Source: Azoarcus sp. (GTDB lineage: Bacteria; Pseudomonadota; Gammaproteobacteria; Burkholderiales; Rhodocyclaceae). Taken from it: a DNA stretch of 64,000 bases. The stretch covers positions 7,359-71,358 of the forward strand of contig JAITQD010000116.1 in NCBI GenBank assembly GCA_031289095.1. The letters run 5' to 3'. The notes under the pieces are model-generated. The model was not told the origin of the DNA. It ran no database searches and was given only the letters and a program-made list of their open reading frames with translations. A program made the translations under genes and the position numbers. Shown here piece after piece: positions 1 through 11,011 of this stretch. Within the stretch, counting starts at the first letter, position 1. Every line of letters starts with the position of its first letter.

Positions 1-1092
1 ATGCAGTTGATCCAGTACACGCCATCCACCGCCAAGGTGTTCAAGCGTCCGGTTCTGATCGTGCCGCCCTGGATCAACAAGTTCTACATCCTCGACTTGC
101 GCGAGAAAAACTCCCTCGTCAAATGGCTCGTAGACCAAGGGCACACCGTGTTCATGATCTCGTGGGTCAACCCCGACGAGAAGCTGGCGGAAAAGACTTT
201 CGCTTCCTACATGAACGAAGGCATCTTCGCCGCGCTCGACGCCATCGAAACGCAGACTGGGGAAAAGGACATCAACGCCATCGGCTATTGCCTCGGCGGG
301 ACGCTGCTCGCCAGCACCCTGGCCTACCTCGCGGTCAAGAAGCAAAAACGCATCGTTTCGGCGACTTTCCTCACCACCCTCACCGACTTTTCCGAGCCGG
401 GCGAACTGGGCGTGTTCATCGACGAAGGGCAGGTCAGCAATCTCGAAAAGAAAATGTTTGAACGCGGCTATCTCGAAGGGTCAGAAATGGCCGGCACCTT
501 CAACATGCTGCGCGCCAACGACCTGATCTGGTCGTTCGTGGTCAACAACTACCTGATGGGGAAAGACCCCTTTCCCTTCGATCTGCTGTACTGGAATTCC
601 GATTCCACCCGGCTGCCCGCGAAGATGCACAGCTTCTACCTGCGCAAGATGTACATGGAAAACAAGCTGGTCGAACCGGGCGGCATCGAAATCGACGGCG
701 TACCGATCGACCTCGGCAAGATCAAGGTGCCGTGTTTCTTCATCTCGGCGATGGAAGACCACATCGCGCCGTGGAAGAGCACCTACCTGGGCGCGCGCCA
801 TTTCACCGCCCCGGTGCGTTTCGTGCTCGGCGGCTCGGGTCACATCGCCGGCATCGTCAATCCGCCCGCCGCCAACAAGTACGGCTACTGGTTGAATCCG
901 GCGGACAAGCTGCCCGCGACATCGACCGAATGGTTCGAAGGGGCGCAGCAGCATGAAGGCTCGTGGTGGGTCAATTGGCAGGAATGGATCACCGGTCAGG
1001 ACAGCGAAAAAGTGGCTGCGCGCGATCCGGCCAGCGGCAATCTGAAAGCCCTGGAAGAAGCGCCCGGCTCTTTCGTCAAGTTCCGTCTGTAA
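1..1092 (+). CDS. phaC: Poly(3-hydroxyalkanoate) synthase, class I-like, C-terminal ~363 aa (N-terminus probably outside window)
   Basis: ORF starts at base 1. Has lipase box GYCLGG and PhaC-typical blocks PPWINKFYILDL and LLYWNSDSTRLP. Typical class I PhaC is much longer than 363 aa. Confidence 0.9.
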   Translation: MQLIQYTPSTAKVFKRPVLIVPPWINKFYILDLREKNSLVKWLVDQGHTVFMISWVNPDEKLAEKTFASYMNEGIFAALDAIETQTGEKDINAIGYCLGGTLLASTLAYLAVKKQKRIVSATFLTTLTDFSEPGELGVFIDEGQVSNLEKKMFERGYLEGSEMAGTFNMLRANDLIWSFVVNNYLMGKDPFPFDLLYWNSDSTRLPAKMHSFYLRKMYMENKLVEPGGIEIDGVPIDLGKIKVPCFFISAMEDHIAPWKSTYLGARHFTAPVRFVLGGSGHIAGIVNPPAANKYGYWLNPADKLPATSTEWFEGAQQHEGSWWVNWQEWITGQDSEKVAARDPASGNLKALEEAPGSFVKFRL

Positions 1093-1111
1093 AACCGGCC
1101 TGCCCAGACGA

Positions 1112-1148
1112 CGGCGCGGCGGGAATACCGCCGCGCCGTTTCTTTTTC
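1112..1148 (+). terminator. Rho-independent terminator after phaC
   Basis: 11-bp perfect stem CGGCGCGGCGG/CCGCCGCGCCG with a 5-nt loop, followed by TTTCTTTTT. Confidence 0.7.
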
Positions 1149-1157
1149 GTTCTGCCG

Positions 1158-1598
1158 ATGACCGAACCCGCACGTCTCGTACTCGATACCAACACGGTGC
1201 TGGCGCTGTGGCATTTCGCCGACCGGAACCTTGTCCCACTCGCCACCGCCATCGCTGCGGGGCGCGTCGCACTTGCGAGCCGCGAGGACGCCCTGGCCGA
1301 ATTGTGCGACGTGCTCACACGCCCGCGTTTCGGTATCACCCCCGAAGCGCAGGCGCGTCTGGTGTCTGATTATCGCGCCCGTCTTGCGTTTTTTCCCGAA
1401 ACTGGCGCGGTGTATGAATTGCCGCAATGCTGCGACCGCGACGACCAGAAATTTCTCGAAATCTCCCGAGCCGCCGCCGCCAGTCATCTGCTCACCCGCG
1501 ACAAACTGCTGCTCAAGCTCGCGCGCCACCGCCTGCTGGGCGGGCGCTTCCGAATCGTGACGCCGGAGCGCTTCGTGGCCGAACTCGCCTGCCGCTGA
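1158..1598 (+). CDS. PIN-domain protein (toxin-like, no adjacent antitoxin seen)
   Basis: N-terminal LVLDTNTVL motif and internal CCDRDDQKFLEI, with an overall PIN-like acidic residue pattern. ATG at 1158 lies inside ORF 963..1598. Confidence 0.65.
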   Translation: MTEPARLVLDTNTVLALWHFADRNLVPLATAIAAGRVALASREDALAELCDVLTRPRFGITPEAQARLVSDYRARLAFFPETGAVYELPQCCDRDDQKFLEISRAAAASHLLTRDKLLLKLARHRLLGGRFRIVTPERFVAELACR

Positions 1599-1607
1599 AA
1601 GCGGCGT

Positions 1608-3077
1608 TCAGGCGGAAGAACGCAAAACGCTCCAGTCGGTGGCGGCGAGAGTGTTTTTGACCAGCACCCCGAGACTGGTGTCGCCTTCCATCTGAAGCCG
1701 CCGCCCGAAGAACAGCGTATCGGCGTCTTCCTCGCGCAAAGCAAGGGCGATGAAATCGCGCACCGAAGCGGAGATGGTCAAATCCACCGGATCGTCGGAC
1801 TGACAGGGATGGAAGCGTCCGTTGCCGCCAAGGGTGAAATCGAGCCGCAGGCCGGCGTCGGTGACGCACACGCGCAGGTGGCGGCCCGTAAGCGGCGTCA
1901 ACGTGGCGAGCGGCAGGAACGACGCCGGGGCGAGGTTGAGCGCCGTGGTCAGCGCCAGCGTCGGCGGCAGTTGCGGCAAAACGGCGCTCAAGCGCGCCAG
2001 AGGCTTCGGCACGGTGAAAGGCGGCAGACGCAGGGTTTGCAGACGTTGCGCCAACCGTTCGCGCAGCGCGCCGGGCAGCAGGCGAACGAACGGCAATTCG
2101 GGAACGGATGCAGGTGTGGGCGCGGCGGCGCCGGATGCCGGAACGGGCACGGCAACAGCCGGTGCGCTGTCCGCCGCCACCTGCGCCAGCCCGGCCTGCC
2201 CATACCAGAAACCGTTGCACGGCCCTTCCGGCATCAGCGCCAGACTGGCCGCGAACGCATCCGCCGGAGCGAGGCGCGCATCCAGCGCAGCACGGAACAG
2301 CGCCGCGACTTCCAGCGTGTGTTCGCTTTGCGGACTCAGACGCAGGATTTCGGCATTACCTTCGATACGCGCCAGGTCGGCGAGCAGGTTGTAGACCCGC
2401 GCCGATTGCGTCTGGATACCGTTCAGGTTGAGGAAAGGCTCGCCCTCGCGCGTGCGCAGCAGCATGCCGTCGGCGTCCTCGATGCAGCGGAATTCGCAAG
2501 CGTCCTTTTGCAGATTGTGATGGCGTGCGGTAAAGCAGCGCGCCGACCAGGCGAGCGGCAGGCGTCCATAGGCGAAGATTTCGGTATCGAGCGGCGCGGG
2601 CAAGCCCTCGCGCAGGTCGATGACGTTTTCCCCGGCCATCTCGGGCGGGGCCATCCAGCGGGTCGCGCCCTCGGCGGTGAGGAGCGCGAGCGTCGTGGGG
2701 TTGAAAACGTTCAGCGTCGGCCCGGCGACCCAGTCGCAGCGCCCGGCGGCGGCGAGCAGCCGCACCGCGCCCATGTCGTTGGCCTCTACGCGGAACGCCG
2801 TCTCGACGATACGGCGCAGGGTTTTGAGGTCGGATTCCGATTCGATCAGCGCCTGGGTGGAAAGCACCGCTTCCTTGCCCGCCGCCTCAAGGCGGGCGGC
2901 GATTTCCAGCCAGTCGTCGAGGCGCAATTCGTGGCGGCGCGAGCACACGGTCTCGCCGAGGTAAACAATGTCGACTGCGTCGCTGGCGGCGACCGCGTCG
3001 TAGAAATCGAACACGCGCTGGCGCGGCCAGTAATAAAGCAGGGGGCCGAGGGAGAGTTTCATAGTTTTTTCGCTCAT
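1608..3077 (-). CDS. ubiV: U32-family UbiV fused to SCP2-like UbiT domain (O2-independent ubiquinone biosynthesis)
   Basis: The N-terminal ~300 aa is U32 peptidase-like with a Cys cluster (ETVCSRR; [18 protein letters not shown]). An Ala/Pro-rich linker follows. The C-terminal region [27 protein letters not shown] resembles E. coli YhbT/UbiT (as I recall its sequence: DPDTLFFQRRLVIEGDTELGLYVKN). The start at 3077 overlaps the ubiU stop (ATGA). Confidence 0.85.
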   Translation of the reverse strand: MSEKTMKLSLGPLLYYWPRQRVFDFYDAVAASDAVDIVYLGETVCSRRHELRLDDWLEIAARLEAAGKEAVLSTQALIESESDLKTLRRIVETAFRVEANDMGAVRLLAAAGRCDWVAGPTLNVFNPTTLALLTAEGATRWMAPPEMAGENVIDLREGLPAPLDTEIFAYGRLPLAWSARCFTARHHNLQKDACEFRCIEDADGMLLRTREGEPFLNLNGIQTQSARVYNLLADLARIEGNAEILRLSPQSEHTLEVAALFRAALDARLAPADAFAASLALMPEGPCNGFWYGQAGLAQVAADSAPAVAVPVPASGAAAPTPASVPELPFVRLLPGALRERLAQRLQTLRLPPFTVPKPLARLSAVLPQLPPTLALTTALNLAPASFLPLATLTPLTGRHLRVCVTDAGLRLDFTLGGNGRFHPCQSDDPVDLTISASVRDFIALALREEDADTLFFGRRLQMEGDTSLGVLVKNTLAATDWSVLRSSA

Positions 3078-4093
3078 TTCCACGGGCGGTAATACGCGCC
3101 CAAGGTGTGACTCTGCCCTTCGGAAACCTTGTTGAGTTCGGCCAGCCACGCTGGCTGCGCAGCGAAGCGTTCACCATCGCACGCAAGCGCGTCCAGCGCG
3201 GCGCGCCACACTTTCGTGACCTGGGCGACGTAGGCCGGGTTGCGCTGCCGCCCTTCGATCTTGATCGCCGTCACGCCGGCGCGAGCGAGATCGGGAAGCA
3301 GTTCCAGCGTGTTGAGGCTGGCGGGTTCCTCGATGGCGTAATAAGTTTCGTCGTTGACCGTGAAGCGGCCCTTGCACAAAGTCGGGTACCCGGCGCGCTC
3401 GCCGTCGGCGTAGCGGTCGATGAGGATGCCGTTGAGGCGCGTTTCCATGCCGCGCGGCGTCTGTTCCCAACGCACGAAGGCATCCGGCGAACACGCACCG
3501 TTGCAGTTCGGCGACTTGCCGGTGGCGTAGGCCGACAGGGCGCAGCGGCCCTCGACCATCACGCACAGACCGCCGAAACCGAACACTTCGATTTCCACCG
3601 GGGTGTTGACCGCGAGTTGTTCGACCTGCGCCAGCGACAGCACTCTCGGCAGCACCACGCGCTGAATGCCGAAACGCTCGTGATAGAAGTTGATCGCTTC
3701 GTAGCTGGTCGCCGAACCTTGCACCGACAGGTGCAACCGCAGTCCGGGATGAACTCGGGCGGCGTAGGCCATCAAACCGGGGTCAGCCATGATGACAGCG
3801 TCGACCGCCAGTTCGGCGGCGCGATCCACCGCGAGATTCCAGTCCGCCTGGTTGCGGGCGAGCGGATAGGTGTTGAGCGCGAGCAGCACCTTGCGGCCAT
3901 GCTGGTGGGCGTAGGCAATGCCTTCGCGGATCTGGGGGAGATCGAAATTGAGGCCGGTGAAGTTGCGGGCGTTGGTCGCGTCCTTGAAGCCGAAATAGAC
4001 GCAGTCCGCACCGTTGTCGACCGCCGCCTTGAGCGCCGGCAGGCCGCCAGCGGGGCAGACGAGTTCGATGTTGCGTTTCGTTTTCGTGTTCAT
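3074..4093 (-). CDS. ubiU: U32-family ubiquinone biosynthesis protein UbiU
   Basis: Resembles E. coli YhbU (as I recall its sequence) along its full length ([59 protein letters not shown]). Confidence 0.9.
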   Translation of the reverse strand: MNTKTKRNIELVCPAGGLPALKAAVDNGADCVYFGFKDATNARNFTGLNFDLPQIREGIAYAHQHGRKVLLALNTYPLARNQADWNLAVDRAAELAVDAVIMADPGLMAYAARVHPGLRLHLSVQGSATSYEAINFYHERFGIQRVVLPRVLSLAQVEQLAVNTPVEIEVFGFGGLCVMVEGRCALSAYATGKSPNCNGACSPDAFVRWEQTPRGMETRLNGILIDRYADGERAGYPTLCKGRFTVNDETYYAIEEPASLNTLELLPDLARAGVTAIKIEGRQRNPAYVAQVTKVWRAALDALACDGERFAAQPAWLAELNKVSEGQSHTLGAYYRPWK

Positions 4094-4202
4094 CGTAAAA
4101 CCGATTCCGGTTATGAAACCCGCCCTTCAGAGCGGCCCGTGACAATCCGGGAGAAAAAAGAAACCCTCCCGGCTTCGTTCTGAGCGACAGACATGCCTGC
4201 CG

Positions 4203-5678
4203 CTAATTGGTTGCTGCCTGCGCGCTGGCGGGAGTCACGCCGGACGCGTCCACCGGACGTTCGCCGATGGCGATGCCAAGCGCCATTCCCGTCGCGCTCG
4301 CCGCAAGGCCATAGACCTGCGGCTCGATAAGGCCGGAAATGAGTTTGAAATGGAGCAGTATTTCCCCCAGTATCCAAGCCCCCAAGCCGAGGCAGACAGC
4401 GAGCGCGCCGCCGAGGTTGTTCACGCGCTTGCAGAAAATACCCGCCACCAGCGGCACGAACGCTCCGGCCAGCGTGATGCGGTAGGCGCGCTCGACCATT
4501 TCGTGAATGGTGGCGGTAGAACTGAGCGCATGGCCGGTAACGAGCAGCGTAAACGCGATCACCGTCGCGCGCGAGGCCCACAGGAACTGACGATCGGTCA
4601 TGCCGGGTATGAAGCCGCGCAGCACGTTTTCGGAGAACGTCACCGAGGGCGCAAGCAGCGTACCCGAGGCGGTGCTCATGATAACCGAGAGCAGCGCACC
4701 GAAAAATACCACCTGGGTGGCGAAGGACATATGGTTCATCACGAAAAGCGGCATGATCTTCTGCGTGGCGCCCTCCGATTCCGCCGTCACCTGCGCCACC
4801 ATCGCGGGGTCGATGATCTGCGCCGTGTAGGCGAGGTAGATCGGCACCATTGCGAAGATCGCGTAGGACAACCCGCCGAGCGTCGTGCCCCACACGGCGG
4901 TGCGCTCGTTACCCGAGGAGTTGACCCGCTGGAACACGTCCTGTTGCGGAATGGAGCCAAGCGCCATGGTGAAGAAACCGGCTGCCAGCGCGAGCATGTC
5001 GCGCCCCGACAGGCCGGAGACGTCGAACTTGCCCGCCGCTACGGCGTGATCCATCACCGTAGCGACGCCGCCCGCCATGCCGTTGGCGATCCAGGTCACG
5101 TAAAGCAGCCCGAGCACGATCACGATCATTTGAACGAAGGTCGTCACCGCCACCGACCACATACCGCCGAGCAGGGTGTAGAGCAGCACCACCGCCGCGC
5201 CGATCATCATCCCCGTGCGCTGGTCGATATTGCCGCCGGAGAGCAGGTCGAACACCAGCCCGAGCGCGGTAATCTGGGCGCTGACCCAGCCGAGGTATGA
5301 GACGACGATACAGATCGACAGCGTCAGTTCGATGCCCCGGTTGTAGCGGCGGCGGAAGAAGTCCCCGAGCGTAAGCAGGTTCATGCGGTACAGCGGCAGG
5401 GCGAAGAACAACCCGAACAGCATCAGGCACGTCCCGGCGCCGAGCGGATCGGAGATCAGCCCGCTCAAACCGTCCTTGAGGAAAGCCCCCGAATTGCCGA
5501 GCACGGTTTCCGCGCCAAACCAGGTGGCGAACACCATCGCCAGCACCACGGACATCGGCAGGTGGCGTCCGGCAGTGATGTAATCGCGGGCGTTGTGCAC
5601 CCTTGCCGCAGCAAAAAGCCCGATACAGATGGACACAACCAGATAGGCAACGACGAGCTTGAGCAACATGGCGGTCAT
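4203..5678 (-). CDS. Sodium:solute symporter (SSF) family transporter, substrate unknown
   Basis: Multi-TM protein whose N-terminus (YITAGRHLPMSVVLAMVFATWFGAETVLG) is typical of the SSF family. ATG at 5678 chosen inside ORF 4203..5858. Confidence 0.85.
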   Translation of the reverse strand: MTAMLLKLVVAYLVVSICIGLFAAARVHNARDYITAGRHLPMSVVLAMVFATWFGAETVLGNSGAFLKDGLSGLISDPLGAGTCLMLFGLFFALPLYRMNLLTLGDFFRRRYNRGIELTLSICIVVSYLGWVSAQITALGLVFDLLSGGNIDQRTGMMIGAAVVLLYTLLGGMWSVAVTTFVQMIVIVLGLLYVTWIANGMAGGVATVMDHAVAAGKFDVSGLSGRDMLALAAGFFTMALGSIPQQDVFQRVNSSGNERTAVWGTTLGGLSYAIFAMVPIYLAYTAQIIDPAMVAQVTAESEGATQKIMPLFVMNHMSFATQVVFFGALLSVIMSTASGTLLAPSVTFSENVLRGFIPGMTDRQFLWASRATVIAFTLLVTGHALSSTATIHEMVERAYRITLAGAFVPLVAGIFCKRVNNLGGALAVCLGLGAWILGEILLHFKLISGLIEPQVYGLAASATGMALGIAIGERPVDASGVTPASAQAATN

Positions 5679-5832
5679 TCCGGTAAGGCGTCGATCAAAG
5701 CGGCGGCAGTTTAGCGCCGAATGTGCCGATGGATCGTAAAAAATATCGTTGCCGTGTTTCCTGCCTTTCCGGTCTTTCCTGTATGCGGTAGAAACCGGCG
5801 GCGTATTGGCGAAACCGTAGCTGGCTCGCGGC

Positions 5833-7362
5833 TCATCCAAGGAAACGCCAGATTTCAAACGCCGCGAATGCGACGATCAGAACACCGAGCACAGCGATGA
5901 AATTCGCGTTCCGGCGCTGACCGCGGGCGATGTCGTCGATCCGGTTCTGAACCGCGATACGCTGCTGATGCCCTTCGAGCAACGAACGGTGCAGGAGCCG
6001 GGGCAGACGCGGCAGGGTGGTCATCCAGCCAGGCGCTTCACTTTTCACTTCGCGCAGCAGGGCGCGCCAGCCGACCTGTTCGTGCATCCAGCGTTCGAGG
6101 AACGGCTTGGCGGTTTTCCACAGATCGAGTTCGGGGTCGAGCTGACGGCCCAGTCCTTCGATGTTGAGCAGGGTTTTCTGCAACAGCACGAGCTGGGGCT
6201 GCACTTCCATATCGAAACGGCGCGCGGTCTGAAACAGGCGCAGCAAGGTCTTGCCGAAGGAGATGTCCTTGAGCGGACGGTCGAATATCGGCTCGCACAC
6301 GGTGCGGATGGCCGCTTCGAGTTCGTCGACGCGGGTGTGCGCCGGCACCCAGCCCGCCTCGATGTGCGCGATCGCCACCTCGCGGTAATTGCGCTTGAAG
6401 AAAGAGAGGAAATTGCGCGCCAGGTAATCTTTGTCGATGTCGCTGAGAGTGCCCATGATGCCGAAATCGAGGGCGACGTAGCGGCCATCGGGGTGCACAA
6501 AAATATTGCCGGGGTGCATATCGGCATGGAAAAAACCGTCGCGGAATACTTGGGTGAAAAAAATCTCGACGCCGGCCCGCGACAGGGCCGAGAGGTCGAT
6601 ACCCTGTTCGAGCAGGGCAGGGATCTGTGAAATCGGCGTGCCCTGCATGCGCTCCATCACCATCACCCCGGTGCCGCACCAGTCCCAGTACACCTCGGGC
6701 ACCACGAGCAATGGCGAATTCCTGAAATTTCGCCGCAATTGTGCGCAATTGGCCGCTTCGCGCATGAGATCGAGTTCGTCGCGCAGGCATTTGCCGAACT
6801 CGGCCACCACTTCGCACGGCTTCAGACGCCGGCTTTCTGGCCAGGCTTTTTCCAGCAGGGTTGCGCCGGTTTCAAGCAGATCGAGATCGTTGGAGATTAC
6901 TTTCCCGATGCCGGGACGCAGCACCTTGACCGCCACTTCGGTGCCGTCGGGCAACACGGCGAAATGCACCTGCGCCACCGAGGCCGACGCCACCGGCGTA
7001 CGCTCGAAATGGCGAAAGACCTCATCGACCGGGCGTCCATAGAACGCCTCCAGCAAAGCGACTGCCTGCTCGGTCGGAAAAGGCGGAACGCGATCCTGCA
7101 AGAACGCAAGTTCCGTTGCCAGATCGGGCGGCAGCAGATCGCGCCGCGTCGACAGCACCTGCCCAAACTTGATGAAAATGGGACCGAGGGACTCCAACGC
7201 CCGGCGCAGGCGCACACCGCGCGGCTCATTGAACCGTCGCCAGAAGAATACCCTGCTCCACCAGCGCACAAGGCGACCGCTCGGGTCAGCATCGAGAACC
7301 ACGCGATCGAGACCGAATCGCAGGCTGACGGCAATGATTCTGGCAAGGCGCAAAGGACGCAC
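5833..7362 (-). CDS. ubiB: Ubiquinone biosynthesis regulatory kinase-like protein UbiB (ABC1 family)
   Basis: Motifs [25 protein letters not shown] and [11 protein letters not shown], with C-terminal TM helices. Start uncertain: GTG at 7362 gives ~509 aa, and the ORF extends to TTG at 7431. Confidence 0.9.
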   Translation of the reverse strand: MRPLRLARIIAVSLRFGLDRVVLDADPSGRLVRWWSRVFFWRRFNEPRGVRLRRALESLGPIFIKFGQVLSTRRDLLPPDLATELAFLQDRVPPFPTEQAVALLEAFYGRPVDEVFRHFERTPVASASVAQVHFAVLPDGTEVAVKVLRPGIGKVISNDLDLLETGATLLEKAWPESRRLKPCEVVAEFGKCLRDELDLMREAANCAQLRRNFRNSPLLVVPEVYWDWCGTGVMVMERMQGTPISQIPALLEQGIDLSALSRAGVEIFFTQVFRDGFFHADMHPGNIFVHPDGRYVALDFGIMGTLSDIDKDYLARNFLSFFKRNYREVAIAHIEAGWVPAHTRVDELEAAIRTVCEPIFDRPLKDISFGKTLLRLFQTARRFDMEVQPQLVLLQKTLLNIEGLGRQLDPELDLWKTAKPFLERWMHEQVGWRALLREVKSEAPGWMTTLPRLPRLLHRSLLEGHQQRIAVQNRIDDIARGQRRNANFIAVLGVLIVAFAAFEIWRFLG

Positions 7363-7455
7363 GGCGGCAAGGGCAAGCGTGGTGACGGAGCGCGGAACTT
7401 TAGCCGGAAAGGGAGGCGGTGGAAAGCACAAGGCGCGAACGATTCCATTCGACGG

Positions 7456-8598
7456 TTGTTGAAAATCTCCGCTAGACTTGCCCGTTCATTCCTTTTCGCA
7501 TACCAAGTGTTTTCCGCCAGATCGCTGCCACTCCACCTCGCCATCGCCTACATCGCCCTGCTGGTGTATGCCTGTCTGCACCCTATGAGCGGCTGGCAGA
7601 CGAAAGGGTTGCCAGTGTTCGACTACCTGGTAGCGCCTTGGCCAAAATATTCAAATTTCGGCGATCTGCTCGCCAACGTGCTTGGTTACGTGCCGCTGGG
7701 GTTGACCGTGCTTCCCGCCTTGCCGTACCGCTGGCCGGGAAAACGGCAGATCGGCGTTACGGTATTGGGCGCGGCCCTGCTCAGTTTCTGCCTGGAAACC
7801 TTGCAAGGGTTCCTGCCCATGCGCACCTCGAGCAATGTCGACATCGCCACCAACGTTATTGGCGCTTTCATCGGCGCACTGGCCGGCGCGCGCTGGGGGC
7901 AGGCGCTGTTCGCGCCGGGGCGCGGCTTGGCGCGTTGGCGCGAACGCTACATTATTGATGGCCGCACCGGCGATGCAGGCCTGATCCTCATTGCGCTCTG
8001 GCTGCTCGTGCAGGTCACTCCCGACCGCCTGCTGTTCGATGGCGGCGAGTTACGCCGGTTGCTTGGCATCGCACCGCCACTGCCTTTCGAGGCCGGGATT
8101 CTCATCGCTTTCGAGGCCGCACAAACCGCCAGCATGATGACTGCCGTCGGTCTGTTCGCACGCTGCATGCTGCGCCGGAAAGGCGCGATCCTGGCCGTAG
8201 CGCTGATCGCGCTCGGCATTGGCGCGCACACTGCGGCTTCCGCCATCTGTTTCATTCCGCCGAATCCCCTGATCTGGATGACGGCGGGAAGCGAATACGG
8301 TCTGCTGACCGGCGGCGTTCTGCTCGCTATCGCATTGCGCCTGCCGAAAGTGGCGCAGCACGCCCTGGCCGGCACCTGTCTGCTGATCGCTACCGTTCTC
8401 GTCAACATGATGCCGGAAAGCCCCTACTTCCTGAACGGCAGCCCCACCATCATCGAGCGCGCCAATTACCCGAATTTTTACGGCCTGTCCCGGCTGGTGG
8501 CGGCGCTGTGGCCTTTCGCCGCACTGGTCTATCTTTCCGCCTTCGGCCTGTGGCGCGGCGAACGCCTCGAAGACGAAAACGGAGTGGAAAACCCATGA
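7456..8598 (+). CDS. VanZ-like integral membrane protein with extended C-terminal TM region
   Basis: VanZ-like segments [14 protein letters not shown] and [18 protein letters not shown]. Only the 3' part of ORF 6739..8598 is credible because the 5' part is antisense to ubiB. Start uncertain (TTG at 7456 or 7459). Confidence 0.6.
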   Translation: MLKISARLARSFLFAYQVFSARSLPLHLAIAYIALLVYACLHPMSGWQTKGLPVFDYLVAPWPKYSNFGDLLANVLGYVPLGLTVLPALPYRWPGKRQIGVTVLGAALLSFCLETLQGFLPMRTSSNVDIATNVIGAFIGALAGARWGQALFAPGRGLARWRERYIIDGRTGDAGLILIALWLLVQVTPDRLLFDGGELRRLLGIAPPLPFEAGILIAFEAAQTASMMTAVGLFARCMLRRKGAILAVALIALGIGAHTAASAICFIPPNPLIWMTAGSEYGLLTGGVLLAIALRLPKVAQHALAGTCLLIATVLVNMMPESPYFLNGSPTIIERANYPNFYGLSRLVAALWPFAALVYLSAFGLWRGERLEDENGVENP

Positions 8599-8694
8599 CC
8601 TCGTCTTTTGACAGTCATCCTGCGCAAAGGATTACGCGTGGCATGACGGGAGGCACTGGCCGTATGGCGCGGCAAAAATGGAGCCTTTTTCACG

Positions 8695-9354
8695 ATGAGC
8701 CGTCCCCTTCCTTCTGAATCCGTTTTCGCGCGGGGCGCGGCGGGACGAATCGAAATCCTGGCCGACCTGCCAACCGCAGTGCGGGGCATCGCCCTGGTAT
8801 GCCATCCGCACCCGCTTTACGGCGGGGCCAACAGCAACAAGGTGGCGCACACCCTGGCGCGCACCTTCCGCGACCTCGGCTACGCCGCCCTGCGTCCCAA
8901 TTTTCGTGGTGTGGGCGAAAGCGAAGGCGTCCATGACCACGGTAATGGCGAAAGCGAGGATATGTTTGCCGTACTGGCCTGGGCGCGGGCGCGTTGGGGC
9001 GATTTACCGCTGGTTCTGGGCGGTTTCTCGTTCGGAGCCTATGTGCAGACACGGCTTGCCGTCCGGCTTGCCGCCAGCAACGCGCCACCACGTCACCTCG
9101 TACTGGTCGGTACTGCGACAGGCGCGACGACCGTCGATGAGCGCCATTACGAGACGCCCGCCCTTCCCAAAGGCATTCCGGCCCTGCTCATCCACGGCGA
9201 AACCGATGACACCGTGCCCCTCGCAAACGTGCTTGCCTGGGCGCGACCGCAGGACTTGCCAGTCGTCGTACTACCCGGTGCGGATCATTTTTTCCATGGC
9301 AAACTGTCCCTGATACGCAGTCTCGTCACGCACACCGTCATTCCTGCAACGTGA
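8695..9354 (+). CDS. Alpha/beta-fold hydrolase (small, COG2945-like)
   Basis: CHPHPLYGG motif, nucleophile elbow GFSFGA, and C-terminal GADHFFHG. Confidence 0.7.
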   Translation: MSRPLPSESVFARGAAGRIEILADLPTAVRGIALVCHPHPLYGGANSNKVAHTLARTFRDLGYAALRPNFRGVGESEGVHDHGNGESEDMFAVLAWARARWGDLPLVLGGFSFGAYVQTRLAVRLAASNAPPRHLVLVGTATGATTVDERHYETPALPKGIPALLIHGETDDTVPLANVLAWARPQDLPVVVLPGADHFFHGKLSLIRSLVTHTVIPAT

Positions 9355-9417
9355 GAAGTAAAGCGTTGCGCAATATAAATGGATGCTGCAATACGCACAG
9401 CATGACGGCATGAGACG

Positions 9418-10347
9418 TCAGAACGGCGGATTACCGGACGTCGCGGCAAGCGATTCCGTTGCCTGTTCCCCGCCAAGCGCCTCGACCAGCGCCGGCAACA
9501 ATCTTTGAAACTCGCCGGACATCAAGGCGAATTCAGCATCAAAGAGCGCCTCTGCGTCGTCCCCGTCAACAAGATTCTCACGCACCACGTCGAGGAAATC
9601 GAGCCGCTTCAATTCGAGCTTGTCGGTCAACACGAAGCTCACGCGGTCGTTGAAGGTAAGCGCCAACCTGGTCGGCAGCTTGCCGCCCGCGAGATGATCC
9701 TTGATCTCACCGCCGTCGAGCGGATGATGAGCATAACGTACCGTCGCTTTTTCCTCGCTGACCGAGCGCAGTTCACAATCTTGGTCGACGGTGAAATTCG
9801 CTGGCGCTTCGCCAGCCAGCCAGCCGGTCATCGCCGAGGCGGGCGAAAGCTCGGTACGCAAAAGTGCAAGCGGAAAATGGTCGAGCGTGTCACGCAGGAA
9901 TTCGAGGACTTCTTCGGCACGCGCCTGACTTGAAGCGTCAATGCCGAGCCAGCCGCCGATCGGGTCTATCCATACCCAGGTTCGGCGGCGGCGAGTAAAG
10001 GCCCGCGGCAGCAATTCCTGCATCACCTGTTCGCGCAGGTCGCGCATCTGTTTGCGCCCAAGCCTGAAACCCTGCTTTTCGGCAAGACCCGCCGCACGCT
10101 CATCGGCTTCCTGACGCACGACCGAGGACGGCAACAAGCGGGATTCGACCCCAAGCGCAATCAGCCACTGGCGATCGACCGCACGCAACAGGGCATCGTC
10201 GTCCCTGGGTGAAACCCAGCCGCGCGATTCCATGTCCTGGTTGCCACAAGGCTGCAACGGACGCGCCGCCAGTTGCGCCTCGAACTCCGTCAGGGCAATG
10301 TCCCAACCAGCGGGAAGACGGTAAAACTGAAGATTCCTGAACCACAT
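9418..10347 (-). CDS. rdgC: Recombination-associated protein RdgC
   Basis: MWFRNLQFYRL N-terminus and ~309 aa length are typical of RdgC. Confidence 0.9.
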   Translation of the reverse strand: MWFRNLQFYRLPAGWDIALTEFEAQLAARPLQPCGNQDMESRGWVSPRDDDALLRAVDRQWLIALGVESRLLPSSVVRQEADERAAGLAEKQGFRLGRKQMRDLREQVMQELLPRAFTRRRRTWVWIDPIGGWLGIDASSQARAEEVLEFLRDTLDHFPLALLRTELSPASAMTGWLAGEAPANFTVDQDCELRSVSEEKATVRYAHHPLDGGEIKDHLAGGKLPTRLALTFNDRVSFVLTDKLELKRLDFLDVVRENLVDGDDAEALFDAEFALMSGEFQRLLPALVEALGGEQATESLAATSGNPPF

Positions 10348-10377
10348 GACAAAACATCCTTTCCGTTGAGGGTGGGT

Positions 10378-10857
10378 TTATTGCGGGCGGCCTGAGCGGG
10401 CGATTACGCGGATCGCCTGCAAAGTGTCTATATCGGAACGATAATAGGCCGAACGTACGATACTTGCATATTTTGTTTCCTCGTCCGTATGCTCTGGCAA
10501 ATTCGTCTCATAGCGGAAACGCAGGAAGAACACACCCGCTTCGTCTTCGACGATATGAATCGTCAGACTGCCGCCGACATGTTCCTGCATCGTTTCGGTC
10601 TCGAAACGAACCCAGTCGAGAGCGGACAAGCGCACACGGTCGCGGATCACCGTTGAGCCGAAATGCAGCTCACGCACCAGTTCGTCAGGGCGGCGTTCCA
10701 CAATCCGGCAGCTTTCGAGACCGGGCAGAAAGGGACGTGCATCCTCGACGCGGCACAAAAGGCCGAACCACAGTTCCTCACGGTTGAGCATCACTGGTTC
10801 GTCGGGGCCATTGACCGCAAGCAAGTGTTCAAATTGCAAGAACGAGCCTCCGTTCAT
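10378..10857 (-). CDS. SRPBCC-like / DUF1857-like hypothetical protein
   Basis: 159-aa ORF from ATG 10857. Family assignment is from memory of DUF1857-type sequences (LWFGLLCRVEDARPFLPGLESCRIVER) and is not verified. Confidence 0.55.
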   Translation of the reverse strand: MNGGSFLQFEHLLAVNGPDEPVMLNREELWFGLLCRVEDARPFLPGLESCRIVERRPDELVRELHFGSTVIRDRVRLSALDWVRFETETMQEHVGGSLTIHIVEDEAGVFFLRFRYETNLPEHTDEETKYASIVRSAYYRSDIDTLQAIRVIARSGRPQ

Positions 10858-11002
10858 GTTTGAAAGGGCGTCAGTGTACCTGCACCGTCGTGGTGACGTA
10901 AGCGGATTCACTTGCTTCGTCCAGGCAAAATGTCAGCTTGTGGAGTCTTTTATAGTTGTTCTTTAATTTAAAAGATAAAGATGTAAACATCAGGCCGTAA
11001 GC

Positions 11003-11011
11003 TGTGGATAA
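11003..11011 (-). promoter_or_regulatory. Perfect DnaA-box consensus (TTATCCACA on minus strand) in AT-rich intergenic region
   Basis: TGTGGATAA read directly. Degenerate copies lie nearby (CTTGTGGAG at 10937, TTGTTCACA at 11127). Confidence 0.3.
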
